DNA of 64,000 bases, from positions 32,001 through 96,000 of the forward strand of contig CBDCLE010000026.1 in NCBI GenBank assembly GCA_965218585.1. The letters are read 5' to 3'. Shown here piece by piece: positions 10,328 to 20,934 of the stretch. Numbering within the stretch: the stretch's first letter is position 1; the number at the start of each line of letters is the position of its first letter. A program made the translations under genes and the position numbers. The notes beneath the pieces were generated by a model. That model made no database searches. It was not told the DNA's origin and worked only from the letters and a program-made list of their open reading frames with translations. The DNA comes from Terriglobia bacterium (GTDB taxonomy: Bacteria > Acidobacteriota > Terriglobia > 20CM-2-55-15).

Positions 10328-10452
10328 GGCCATCGTCAGCCAGCGTATCCCTCCCAGCGTACGGCGGGATCGAGCCGTGCTAGTATCAATTACTCACGAA
10401 CAAACTTATGAGCGTCGCGGTTTTCTCCCGGGCGCCGGAACCGAGTGCGAAC

Positions 10453-12876
10453 ATGATAGGCCAGACCATATCCCACTACGACATCGTTGAGCAGATTGGC
10501 GGAGGGGGCATGGGTGTCATCTACCGTGCCCAGGATCGACTGCTTGGCCGTGAAGTCGCCTTGAAGTTCTTGCCTGACAGTGTTTCCCGCAATCCTGACA
10601 CCGTCGAGCGGTTCAAGCTGGAGGCCCGGGCGGCGGCAGCTCTGAACCACCCCAACATTTATTCGATCTATGAAATCGGGGACTACGATGGGCAGCCTTT
10701 CATAGCTATGGAATTGTTGAAGGGACAGACTCTGGAGGAGCTCATCGGAGCAGGCACGAGCCCCACACCCGGAGACGTCGAAGCCGCAAGCGAAGTCGCC
10801 AGGGATCTCCCGCCCGACATCGCAGCTCTAGTCCAGGACTTCACCGGCGAACCAGAACCGGAAACCACTCGCTCGGATCCCAAACCCCTCAAGAATTCCC
10901 TGCTCCTCAAGCTCGCGGTTCAGATCGTGGACGCCCTGGACGCGGCACACGTCGAAGGAATCACACACCGGGACATCAAGCCCGCAAACATCTTCGTGAC
11001 GTCACGAGAGCAGGCAAAGATCCTGGATTTCGGACTGGCAAAGCTGACGCGTCCCGGAGACGACAGTGACCCCGGAGCCACACTGGTGGGTCTGACCCAG
11101 GAGGGTTCTGTTCTGGGCACGATCGCCTACATGTCACCGGAACAGGCCCTGGGAAACCGTTTGGACGAACGAACCGACCTTTTTTCCACCGGCGCAGTCC
11201 TCTACGAAATGGCGACAGGGACCCGTGCCTTTGCGAAGAACACCGAAGCCGCCACGTTCGACGCGATCTTGAACGGACAGCCTGACGATCCGGCCCTGCT
11301 CAACCCGGGTCTGCCCACCGGACTTTCCCAGATCATTTACAGAGCTCTGGAAAAGACTCCGACGGCCCGTTACCAGACGGCGAGGGAACTGTGGGCGGAC
11401 CTGGATAAGGTGGTTCAGGAATCATCCGGATCCATCTTTGTCACTCCGCAGCCGGCGGCTCCTGAAAATGAAGGCCAGCGTTCCATTGCTGTACTTCCGT
11501 TCGTGAATTTGAGCAGGGATCCGGACAACGAATACTTCGGCGATGGTCTGGCCGAAGAACTGATCAACGCGATGACCCAGATGAATGGACTGAGGGTTGC
11601 TTCAAGGACTTCCGCGTTTCGTTTCAGAGGCAAGGAAGAGGATGCCCGTACGATCGGTGAATCCCTCAACGTTGACACCCTGCTCGAGGGAAGCGTCCGA
11701 AACGCAGGCGATCGGGTCCGCGTGAGCGCCCAGTTGATCAATGTTGCCGACGGGTATCACATCTGGTCGGAACGCTACGACCGGAAGATGGAGGACATAT
11801 TCGCCCTGCAGGACGATATCACCCAAAATATCGTGGACCGTCTCAAGGTCCAGCTCACGGGCAAACCCATTGAACCGCAAATCCGGCGACATAGCGACAA
11901 CGTCGAAGCCTATAACCACTATCTGAAAGGCCGTTACCATTTGAACCAGCGTACCGAGGACGACATCCTTTCAGGAATTGCATGTTTTGAGGAGGCGGCG
12001 CGATTGGACGCCGGATACTCCCTGGCCTACGCAGGCCTTGCCGAAGCCTACATCCTGTTGAATATGGATTGTCCTCAACTCTTCTGCCAGAGCGGTCCCA
12101 TCAACGTTGTCTCAAAGGCCAAGGATGCAGCTGCAAAGGCCGTAGAACTCGACAGTTCGGCGGCCGAAGCACATGTAGCTTCGGCTCTGGTTCATTACCG
12201 GCTCGACTGGAACTGGGCGAAGGCGGAAGATGAATTCCGGATTGCCCTCTCACTCCGCGAGGATCTGGCAACGGCCCGTCACAACTACGCAATGTTTCTG
12301 GCCTCGATCAACCGATCGGACCAGGCCGTCGAAGAAATCAAGCTGGCCCATCGATTGGATCCCCTGTCACCCATTATCAGTACCGCTGTTGGAAGAATCC
12401 TGCACTTTGCCCACAGGTATGAGGAAGCCATTCAACAGTATCGGACCACGCTTGAGATCAATCCGAAGTTTTCCGGCGCCTACTTCGATCTGGGAATGAC
12501 GTATCTGGTTCAGGGCAGGCACGCTGAGGCTCTTGAAACATTCAGGACACTTTACGAAGTGGCTGAAAAACAGAAGATGGGATTGATGGAACTGGCATGG
12601 ACGCACGCTCTGATGGGAGAAAAAGAGAAGGCACTCGAAACTCTGGAGGAACTGAACGAATCGGTCGAGCCTGACGACCTCCCGCGCACGTCGTTGGCGT
12701 TCCTTTACGTTGCTCTCGACAATCTGGACAAATCGTTCGAACTCCTCGAACAAGCGTACCTGCGGAGAGATACCAATCTTGTCTACCTGCTGGCTGAACC
12801 GGCCTTCGACCCGCTCCGTTCAGATCCACGTTTCGAATCCGTTCTTCAACGAATGAATCTGGCAGGCTATCAGTAG
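10453..12876 (+). CDS. Hanks-type Ser/Thr kinase with TolB-N-like and TPR domains
   Basis: [26 protein letters not shown]; SIAVLPF; TPR-like repeats. Confidence 0.93.
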   Translation: MIGQTISHYDIVEQIGGGGMGVIYRAQDRLLGREVALKFLPDSVSRNPDTVERFKLEARAAAALNHPNIYSIYEIGDYDGQPFIAMELLKGQTLEELIGAGTSPTPGDVEAASEVARDLPPDIAALVQDFTGEPEPETTRSDPKPLKNSLLLKLAVQIVDALDAAHVEGITHRDIKPANIFVTSREQAKILDFGLAKLTRPGDDSDPGATLVGLTQEGSVLGTIAYMSPEQALGNRLDERTDLFSTGAVLYEMATGTRAFAKNTEAATFDAILNGQPDDPALLNPGLPTGLSQIIYRALEKTPTARYQTARELWADLDKVVQESSGSIFVTPQPAAPENEGQRSIAVLPFVNLSRDPDNEYFGDGLAEELINAMTQMNGLRVASRTSAFRFRGKEEDARTIGESLNVDTLLEGSVRNAGDRVRVSAQLINVADGYHIWSERYDRKMEDIFALQDDITQNIVDRLKVQLTGKPIEPQIRRHSDNVEAYNHYLKGRYHLNQRTEDDILSGIACFEEAARLDAGYSLAYAGLAEAYILLNMDCPQLFCQSGPINVVSKAKDAAAKAVELDSSAAEAHVASALVHYRLDWNWAKAEDEFRIALSLREDLATARHNYAMFLASINRSDQAVEEIKLAHRLDPLSPIISTAVGRILHFAHRYEEAIQQYRTTLEINPKFSGAYFDLGMTYLVQGRHAEALETFRTLYEVAEKQKMGLMELAWTHALMGEKEKALETLEELNESVEPDDLPRTSLAFLYVALDNLDKSFELLEQAYLRRDTNLVYLLAEPAFDPLRSDPRFESVLQRMNLAGYQ

Positions 12877-13006
12877 TGACCTGTACCACCCATATTGGGT
12901 GATACAGGCCAATAGCAACAACTCTCTTGCCCAACCCACAGGTCACAGGTCCAAAGATCTTTCAATTGCGCACGATGCTCCTTGTCAGGATCGGAAGTGA
13001 TTCGTC

Positions 13007-13897
13007 ATGAGTCGATCAGGAACCAATGTGGCTGTCAACGCGGCCACGCTTGGAGCACTCGCGATGATCGCCCACCAGGTTGGAATCAAGGCCACCCGTG
13101 ACACTCTTTTCCTGTCGAGTCTTGGAGTCGAGGCTCTTCCTGCAATGATCGCCGCAGCAGCGGTATTTTCGATTCTCTCCGTCCTCGTCGCGTCCCGGCT
13201 CGTGGCCACCTACGGGCCTCGAAAAGTCGTTCCGGCAACGTTTCTCGTCAGCGCGATCCTGCTGCTGGGGGAATGGGCATTGTGGTACCAGACTGCACCC
13301 ATCGGTTCGGTCGTCGTCTACCTGCATGTTGCTGCTCTGGGATCCTTCGTCATTTCAGGCTTCTGGTCGATGATCAACGAGCGATTCGATCCCAGGACCG
13401 GAAAAGCGAAGATTGGAGCTATCGGACGCGGTGCCACAGTGGGTGGCCTGCTCGGGGGAATCATTGCCGAGCGCGTGGCCGCATCTCTGTCGTCAGTCAC
13501 GATGCTGCCGATTCTGTCAGTAATGCACGTCGGCTGCGCTCTGGCTCTGTACTTCGTTGGAAGAGCTCCTTCCAGGCAGAAGCGAACGGACTCACCGCAG
13601 TCGGGGGGAGAATCCGGCATACGTTACATTGCCCGGGTGCCATACCTTCGCAACATTGCTGTCCTGGTTGCGCTGGCAGCGTGTTCGGGAACGCTCCTCG
13701 ATTATGTTTTCAAATCTCGAGCGGTTGCCAGTTACGGTCAGGGTGAAGATCTGATGCGCTTCTTCGCAATCTTCTACACAGTGGTCGGGATCGCGACACT
13801 GATTTCGCAGAGTTTTCTCACCCGGCCGGTCCTGGAAAAGTTTGGCCTGTCCCGGTCGATCGGCGTCCTGCCGCTGGTAATCTCGTTCCCGCGGTAA
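13007..13897 (+). pseudogene. Npt1/TLC-type (MFS-like) nucleotide transporter, N-terminal part only
   Basis: KATRDTLFLS, FWSMINERFDPR, LLDYVFK; ends abruptly in the second half of the membrane domain. Confidence 0.65.
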
Positions 13898-13981
13898 TCG
13901 GAGTAGTCGGATTGATGGCCTTGAAATTCTTCCGGCTTGGTGGCGCGGGAATGGGCGTTGATTAATCCGACTGCCCCAACC

Positions 13982-14698
13982 TCAAGACGTAATCACTTCC
14001 CCATCGGGTCCACAGCACATGCTGTCTTCAGGTTCTTCTCTTCGATCGATGGCAATCCCAGCCTTCTCTAAGCGATCCTCGAACCCTTCCCGCCAGCCGG
14101 GCGACAAGGCTCGTATCTGAATCGCCTTCTTGCAGTCTTCCAGGTTCTGGCGGTCGAAGTAATACAGGTGACATATATCCCGAATGCTAATTCCGGATGG
14201 GTCCCGTGTCAGGAGTTCGAATGTGTCCCCAGCACCAACCTCACCTTCTTCGAGCACCCTCAAATAGAATCCCACGCGGCAACTCTGAAGAAACATTTTT
14301 GGAAATTGAACGTTGTCCATCTTGATACCAAGCCTATAACAGGGAACCCTTGGCTGTGTGACCTCGACCCGGGCACCTCCGATTCTGAAGACGTCTCCAA
14401 CCTGTATCTCGTCTTCCGGCATTCCTTCGACGGTGAAATTTTCTCCGAACTGCGGACGTCTGAAATCGTCGCGGTCGAGTTCTCGTGACCAGTGGTCATA
14501 GTTTTCTATCGTGTACACACAGACTGCCTTGTAAATTCCCCCGTGGCCTTTCAAATCCACCTGCTGGTCGCCGTCCAGATTCAGGGTTCGAAGCATCACC
14601 CGGCTACCGACCGGTTCTTTGAAGATTCCTGTGGCAACCGTCTTGCCTTGATAGCTCATTTCTTTCCTCAGTGACACGCTTACAGTGAGAAGCTTCAT
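13982..14698 (-). CDS. MOSC-domain protein, YiiM-like with 3-alpha domain
   Basis: TGIFKEPV, GDQQVD..HGG..KAV, FGENFT, QPRVPCYRL, GFYLRVLEEG. Confidence 0.9.
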   Translation of the reverse strand: MKLLTVSVSLRKEMSYQGKTVATGIFKEPVGSRVMLRTLNLDGDQQVDLKGHGGIYKAVCVYTIENYDHWSRELDRDDFRRPQFGENFTVEGMPEDEIQVGDVFRIGGARVEVTQPRVPCYRLGIKMDNVQFPKMFLQSCRVGFYLRVLEEGEVGAGDTFELLTRDPSGISIRDICHLYYFDRQNLEDCKKAIQIRALSPGWREGFEDRLEKAGIAIDRREEPEDSMCCGPDGEVITS

Positions 14699-14813
14699 AG
14701 CGTTCGTTCCTTTCGACGGGCGCTGGTGGCCATTGGATGGTTGTCATCGCCGCAACAGCCCGTGTTTCAGTTCCTGGGTAGACTGCTCTTTTGCAGTGCC
14801 AAAACTCGTTTCG

Positions 14814-15119
14814 TCACTCCGCTTTTTCACGCGCATACAGATAAGCGGGTAAAGCGCAGCACAAACCAACAAGAAGATTGAGGACGATAAACACGTAAGG
14901 TTTCGGGCCGTTCGAGTTCTTGATCTCCTGAAACATGAATAACCAGAAGATAAAGGGCGCCAGGAAGAGATCTGCGCTAAAACCACCGGCAGCGCCATTA
15001 ACAAAAAGCGCAGAAATGAACCGAGCTACGTTCACTCCCTCAGCCGCGAAAAATTGGAGAAAAAACACGTACGGAACGATCGCGCCGACGACGGCCAGCG
15101 AAAGATACAGTTTCTTCAT
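14814..15119 (-). CDS. Small membrane protein, DUF2834-like
   Basis: Three hydrophobic segments; ALFVNGAAGGFSADL, VGLCCALPAYLYARE. Confidence 0.7.
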   Translation of the reverse strand: MKKLYLSLAVVGAIVPYVFFLQFFAAEGVNVARFISALFVNGAAGGFSADLFLAPFIFWLFMFQEIKNSNGPKPYVFIVLNLLVGLCCALPAYLYAREKAE

Positions 15120-15194
15120 TTTTTCCTCCGGGTTCAGAGCAGTCTGCCCGATATCTGGAGGCCAAGAACACTTTTCTGTAGTAAGCCCTTTGAA

Positions 15195-16952
15195 CTATAG
15201 GCCGGCCTCGGCGGCGATCTAGGCGTCGACTCCCTGCTCCAATACCGTGAGTGGAACGACGCCTAGATTAAGAACGACATTGTGAAACTCGCGGATAGAA
15301 AAACGATCGCCAAGCTCTTGACGGGCTCGCTCCCGAAGCTCCACGATCTTAAGCTGTCCGATCATGTACGAGCATGCCTGGCCAGGAAAGACGACATAGC
15401 GCTTGACCTCGCTGGCCTCAATACCGAAGTCGATGGCCTGTTGACGCGTCCAACCCATGGCGTGCAGACCCGTATCTACAACCAGTCTCCGGGCGCGGAA
15501 CAACGCACTGCTCAGTTGTCCCACCCGACCCGCGGTATCGCCCTCATACCACCCGTCTTCAGCGGCAAAGCGTTCCGCGTACAGGGCCCAGCCTTCGCTG
15601 CTGGCAGATAGGCCTCCCAACGCGCGAATCTGTCGAAAGGCTGGCAGGTCCTCGTTCTCGGTCGCGAGAGCGATCTGGAAGTGATGACCCGGCACGGTTT
15701 CATGGTAGACCAGTGATCGAAGTTCAAACTCTGTAAGACGGCTCGGACGTAACGGCATTTGAAAGATCCCCGGTCGCGACCCATCCGGCGGAGGCGCGGT
15801 ATAGCTGGCCGCAGCATTCGCCCATCGGAACTCGGGATAGGGTTGTGCGATCACGGGTGTCTCCGGTCGCACGTCGAATGTTCCGGCGGTCCGTTCGAGG
15901 GCATCAGCCAGGATGCCATCGATCTCCACCATGATGCGTTGGCGACCCTCGTCCGAATCGGGATAACTGAGATCACGTGTCAGCTGCGCCTCTCGCTGGG
16001 CGATAGAACCATCGGCGTACCCGAGATCCCGAAGCAACATGTCCATTTCCGCTTCAATGCGTTCGACTTCACCCAGACCGATCTCATGAATCTCGGCTGC
16101 GGTGAAGTCGGTGGTGGTGAACGCCCGTAGCCGCCCTGCGTACAGGGCACCCCCGCCTTCAAAGCGCCAGAGCCCGGCATCGTCGGTGGCATCGGCCCGC
16201 TGCGATTCCAGGACCGTGATGGCCGCTCTCCACGAGGGGTAGACCTGGGCTTCGACTATCGCTGTGGCTTCAGCGAGCAGTGCCTCCCGACGAGGGGGTT
16301 CGAGCTCGTCCACGGCATCCATCTTGGTGGCCAACGCGGTGACCAGTGGATTCTCCGGCGGGGCGGGGCTGACAAACAGCTCCATCTGCGCAATCGTCGA
16401 GTCCAGAATGAATCGTGGCGGAATGTTGCCCAGGGCAGCCAATCGTGCGCTCTCGGTTGCCGCCTCGGCCATACGCTCATCGACCTGTCCGAGACGAGCG
16501 ACATAGTTCTCGGCATCGCGCTCAGTCCGGACAGGATGGACGATGGCCAGCGCATTGGGCAGATTCACGTTGACGCCGTTCATCTGCTGCAACGGAAAGT
16601 CGTAATCAAGGAACGGCTCACTATCGAGGGCACTCTGTAACTGAAACTGCATAACATCCGCCGAGACCCGCTGGTTCGGCGACCTGGCAGCACGATCAAA
16701 GGTGGCGAGTTCAGCGAGCCCCTCCCGGGCCTGGCGAATCATGTCGAGCCGCCACGCCCTGATGACGGGCGTCAACTGGCGGCTGAGACGGTCCTGTTCC
16801 TCTCCATCGAAGTACTGGGCACGAACAGCCAGATTCGGGTTCTGGCGCACCCACTCGTCGGTAAACTCGAGAAAGAAGTCGTCAACCGACGGGGCCGGTG
16901 ACGGCGCCTCACGACAACCGGCTACGAGGCCGACGAGAACAAACAGAACTAG
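15195..16952 (-). pseudogene. DUF885 family lipoprotein, disrupted
   Basis: HETVPGHHFQ, EGWALYAE, PGQACSYMIG; lipobox LVAGC; start removed at the IS5 end; premature TAG at 15219-15221, eight codons before a second TAG. Confidence 0.85.
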
Positions 16953-17130
16953 GGTGTGTTAACACTAACGTAGTGCCTCGACGATGAGTGCGAAGTGAAG
17001 GAAGGCGAGGAACATGACGTCGAGTTTATCGAAACGGGAGAAGATACGCCGAAAACCCTTGAGTCGGCGGAAGAGCCTCTCGACTTCGTTCCTGCGGCGG
17101 TAGAGCACGCGGTCGAAGTCCAAGTCATGT
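16952..17130 (-). mobile_element. IS5-family remnant (transposase 3' end plus one terminal IR)
   Basis: YRRRNEVERLFRRLKGFRRIFSRFDK; terminus TAGTGTTAACACACCC next to CTAG at 16949-16952. Confidence 0.8.
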
Positions 17131-17186
17131 GTATTTCCCCATTTTGGTTGGGCGGATGCTCTTTCCGCCTCGCGTTTCACGTGTCT

Positions 17187-18692
17187 TTAGAGCTGGGCGC
17201 ACACCGCCTTCACCTCGGTGTACAGCCGAAGAGAGTCATGCCCCATTTCACGGCCCCACCCCGATTGCTTATATCCTCCGAAGGGAAGCGCTGCATCGAA
17301 GATATTGTGACAATTGATCCATACTGTCCCAGCCCTGAGCTGGGTCGCGATGCGATGTGCCTTGCTGATATCCCTCGTCCAGACCGCAGCGGCTAATCCG
17401 TAAACGCTGTCATTGGCCTTTGTGATGACGTCTTCAAGATCTGTGAAGGGTTCGGCGCACACAACCGGCCCAAAGATTTCTTCCTGAACGACTTTCATGT
17501 TCTGGTCGGTATCGACCAGAACGGTGGGTTCGACGAAGTATCCTCTGTCGCCCAGCCGGTTGCCTCCGACGACAGCCTTTGCCCCTTCGCTCATCCCCGA
17601 CTCCAGGTAACCCAACACACGCTGCTGCTGTTCATCAGAGACCAACGGGCCCATCTGTGTGCTGGTGTCCATCCCTGGGCCAACCTTGATCTGTTTCGCT
17701 TGATCGACCACACCCGACACGACCGTATCGAAAATGGCCTTTTCAACATACAGGCGCGATCCGGCACAGCAACACTGTCCGTGATTGAAGAAGATCGCAT
17801 TGGCCACGCCTGGAATGCTGGAATCCAGATCTGCATCGGGCAACACTAGGCTTGGAGATTTTCCACCCAGTTCGAGTGAAACTTTCTTCAAGTTTCCAGA
17901 AGCCGCATTCACGATGAGTTTGCCGACTTCGGTGGAACCAGTGAAGGCCACTTTGTCAACATCCGGATGTTCAGCTAAGGCAGCTCCGGCAGTCTCCCCG
18001 AACCCCGTAACAATGTTCAGAACGCCCGGCGGGAAACCCGCTTCACAGAAAAGTTCACCGAGCAGAAGTGCAGACAACGGCGTCTGTTCAGCTGGTTTCA
18101 ACACAACCGTACACCCGGCAGCGAGAGCTGGCCCCAACTTCCAGGCCGCCATCAGAAGGGGGAAATTCCAGGGAATGATCTGGCCCACCACGCCGACAGG
18201 TTCACGCACGGTGTAGGCATGAAATTGTGCTCCGGGTGCATACGGAACAGAAATGGGGATTGTGTTTCCCTCGATCTTCGTCGCCCAACCGGCCATGTAA
18301 CGAAACAGATCAGCCGCCAAGGGCACATCGGCGACGCGGGCTACACCGACTGGTTTTCCGTTATCCAACGACTCAAGCTGAGCGAGTTCATCTGTTTTGC
18401 CCTCGATCAAATCAGCCAGCTTCCAGAGGAGTTTTCCGCGTTCAGAGGGGGTCATCGTCCGCCACGGGCCTGTTTCAAACGCAGTCCGAGCGACCTTCAC
18501 CGCCTCGTTGATGTCTCCCTTCTGTCCATCGGGGATCTGGCACATGGCCTCCCCGGTGGCAGGATTAAAAGCTGGAAATGTTTTCTCGGAAATGGCATCA
18601 ACCCACTTTCCATTAATCAGCATCTTGCGAGGAGAAGAAAGAAACTGTTGGACGTCTTCGGTCACTACCGTTTCAGTGGTCGCAACACTCAT
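17187..18692 (-). CDS. NAD-dependent aldehyde dehydrogenase (phenylacetaldehyde DH-like)
   Basis: IIPWNFP, FTGSTEVG, LELGGKSP, GQCCCAG, EEIFGPV, PFGGYKQSG. Confidence 0.95.
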   Translation of the reverse strand: MSVATTETVVTEDVQQFLSSPRKMLINGKWVDAISEKTFPAFNPATGEAMCQIPDGQKGDINEAVKVARTAFETGPWRTMTPSERGKLLWKLADLIEGKTDELAQLESLDNGKPVGVARVADVPLAADLFRYMAGWATKIEGNTIPISVPYAPGAQFHAYTVREPVGVVGQIIPWNFPLLMAAWKLGPALAAGCTVVLKPAEQTPLSALLLGELFCEAGFPPGVLNIVTGFGETAGAALAEHPDVDKVAFTGSTEVGKLIVNAASGNLKKVSLELGGKSPSLVLPDADLDSSIPGVANAIFFNHGQCCCAGSRLYVEKAIFDTVVSGVVDQAKQIKVGPGMDTSTQMGPLVSDEQQQRVLGYLESGMSEGAKAVVGGNRLGDRGYFVEPTVLVDTDQNMKVVQEEIFGPVVCAEPFTDLEDVITKANDSVYGLAAAVWTRDISKAHRIATQLRAGTVWINCHNIFDAALPFGGYKQSGWGREMGHDSLRLYTEVKAVCAQL

Positions 18693-18974
18693 GGCAAACC
18701 TCCAGATTCATCATTTAGCATTCAAGAGCACACGCATTTAACTATGGGGTGGAATTATGCCGCGGTTGCGCTTCTGACTCAATCAACTCCGTCATTCGGT
18801 GAGGACCGCGAAACGAAGTTCCGCCTGAACACTCAACGAATAGAATTCCAAATAACTGAAAACTAAAGATCGGGCAAAATCGTCCAGATCGGGCGAAGGC
18901 GTACGCTTACCCGAGAAGTGCCCGATTCCCTTCTGCCACAAAAAGAAAAAGTTCCGCCGCCAGCAAAATTTCTG

Positions 18975-19003
18975 TTGACAGGAAGAGTAATTGTATATAC
19001 AAG
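18975..19003 (+). promoter_or_regulatory. marR promoter overlapped by palindromic operator
   Basis: TTGACA (18975-18980), 17 nt, TACAAG; palindrome TTGTATATACAA at 18991-19002. Confidence 0.7.
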
Positions 19004-19013
19004 TAATTGCACA

Positions 19014-19463
19014 ATGAATTTACCGAAGAACAAAACCACTCCAAAGACCATCGCTCGAGACTGTATTGCCGTTCGCGTACGGATTCTCAGCCGCGTGATC
19101 ACGAAGATCTATGACGACGCCCTGCGACCTCTAGGGCTCAAGACGAGCCAGATGAACATCATGGTGGCGACGGCCCGGCTGGGCACGGCTCGCTCCGCAG
19201 ATATCTGCTCCCGCCTCAAGATGGATATGTCGACCCTGAGCCGAAACATCGACCGGATGAAGGTCAAAGGTTGGCTTGAAGTCGTAGCGGATGCAGAGGA
19301 CGCGCGCGCCCGGCAAATCCGCCTTAGCAGGAAAGGCTCCGCGCTCCTCGAAAAGGCGGCGCCAGCCTGGGGCCAGGCCCAGGAAAGGGCGATAGAACTT
19401 CTCGGCCAGTCGGGCGTCGAGAGCCTTCTGGGAGCGATCGAAAGAGTTCGGAGAGCCGCGTGA
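19014..19463 (+). CDS. MarR-family regulator
   Basis: CIAVRVRILSRVITKIYDDALRPLGL, STLSRNI, DARAR wing. Confidence 0.9.
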   Translation: MNLPKNKTTPKTIARDCIAVRVRILSRVITKIYDDALRPLGLKTSQMNIMVATARLGTARSADICSRLKMDMSTLSRNIDRMKVKGWLEVVADAEDARARQIRLSRKGSALLEKAAPAWGQAQERAIELLGQSGVESLLGAIERVRRAA

Positions 19464-19497
19464 ACACACGCGGAAGAAATATTTTTTGCCCATATAG

Positions 19498-19509
19498 TTG
19501 TATATACAT
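19498..19509. promoter_or_regulatory. Second copy of putative MarR operator
   Basis: TTGTATATACAT, 11/12 match to 18991-19002, just upstream of the 19523 start. Confidence 0.7.
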
Positions 19510-19522
19510 GCAGTGAGGACCC

Positions 19523-20863
19523 ATGAAACTTGCAGAACACCCCACAGTGCAGCGTCATCGAAAAAGAGAAACAAGTGACCCCAAACCCGCAGGCCCTGCC
19601 CAACTCGACGCGGACCGGCTCCGAGATCTGTGTTTACAGTTTGGTGCAGACGATGTGGGTTTCGTCGAAATCGATCGTCCAGAAATTGACGATCAACGCG
19701 AGGATATTCTCGGCTACTTCCCTCACGCACGAACGTTGATCAGTTTCGTCTGCCGCACGAATCGGGAACCTATTCGAAGCACTGCCCGTTCGCTCGCCAA
19801 TCTGGGGTTCCACCATACGGGAGATCAGGTCAACGAGGTAGCGCGCAGCGTTGTCCGTGAACTGGAAAAGGAAGGGATCCGGGCCATCAATCCGTCTATG
19901 GGATTCCCGATGGAAATGGATCAATTCCCCGGCAAGGTCTGGGTCGTTTCCCACAAACCTGTGGCGGCCGCTGCGGGCCTGGGGAAGATTGGGCTTCACC
20001 GCAACCTGATCCATCCCAAGTTCGGCAACTTCGTCCTCCTCGGAACGGTTCTCACCGACGCGGAAGTCACCAAAACCAGTCAACCCATCGATTACAACCC
20101 TTGCCTGGAGTGCAAACTCTGTGTCGCGGCCTGCCCCGTTGGGGCGATTTCGCCGGACGGACGTTTCGATTTCTCGGCCTGCTACACGCACAACTACCGG
20201 GAATTCATGGGTGGCTTCACAGATTGGGTTGGGCAGGTGGCTGGAAGCCGGGATGCCCGGGATTACCGGAAGAAAGTGACTGATGACGAGTCGGCCTCGA
20301 TGTGGCAGAGCCTTTCTTTTGGAGCCAACTACAAGGCCGCCTATTGCATGGCGGTCTGCCCGGCGGGTGAGGACGTGATCACTCCTTTCCTGGATGACCG
20401 AAAGGGTTTCCTCGACGACGTCGTCAAACCGCTTCAGGAAAAGAAGGAAAAACTATACGTGATGGCCGGCTCCGAAGCTGAGGAGCATGCTGCCCGGCGT
20501 TTTCCCCACAAGGAGCTCAGACGTGTCGGAGGGAGCCTCCGTCCCCGCTCGGTCGACCAATTTCTCACAGGTCTGCCCCTGGTGTTTCAAAGGGAACGTT
20601 CAAAAGGCCTCGACGCCACGTATCACTTCACGTTCACCGGCAAAGAAGAACGCAAGGCCACCGTCGTGATTCGAAACAAGAGTCTCCGGATAGAGGACGG
20701 TCACAGAGGAAAGGCGGACCTCCAACTTACGGCTGACGGCGAAACCTGGCTCGGCTTTCTGGCAAAAGAACGAAACCTCGGATGGGCTTTGCTGAGGCTG
20801 AAAATCCGATTCCGGGGATCGCCGAAGTTTCTATTGGCATTCGGAAAATGCTTTCCGTCGTAA
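19523..20863 (+). CDS. QueG/reductive-dehalogenase-like FeS protein fused to SCP2 domain
   Basis: GADDVG, SHKPVAAAAGLG..G..IHPKFG, CLECKLCVAACP, CMAVCP; C-terminal SCP2-like segment (ATYHFTFTG..ADLQLTAD..W). Confidence 0.8.
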   Translation: MKLAEHPTVQRHRKRETSDPKPAGPAQLDADRLRDLCLQFGADDVGFVEIDRPEIDDQREDILGYFPHARTLISFVCRTNREPIRSTARSLANLGFHHTGDQVNEVARSVVRELEKEGIRAINPSMGFPMEMDQFPGKVWVVSHKPVAAAAGLGKIGLHRNLIHPKFGNFVLLGTVLTDAEVTKTSQPIDYNPCLECKLCVAACPVGAISPDGRFDFSACYTHNYREFMGGFTDWVGQVAGSRDARDYRKKVTDDESASMWQSLSFGANYKAAYCMAVCPAGEDVITPFLDDRKGFLDDVVKPLQEKKEKLYVMAGSEAEEHAARRFPHKELRRVGGSLRPRSVDQFLTGLPLVFQRERSKGLDATYHFTFTGKEERKATVVIRNKSLRIEDGHRGKADLQLTADGETWLGFLAKERNLGWALLRLKIRFRGSPKFLLAFGKCFPS

Positions 20864-20934
20864 TTGATCAAAGCCATGCGCTTAACCATCGAAACAAATC
20901 GACCTATCTCACACTTCAACTAAAGGAGACCGTT

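Noticed and set aside
13900-15200. Integron cassette array of small co-oriented genes
   Set aside because: No RYYYAAC..GTTRRRY attC structure between genes and no integrase
18860-18930. AGATCGGGC direct repeat and partial inverted copy upstream of the aldehyde dehydrogenase
   Set aside because: Too short to distinguish from chance without comparative data
19523-20863. Canonical queG or respiratory rdhA
   Set aside because: SCP2 fusion, incomplete second cluster motif, no Tat signal or rdhB anchor
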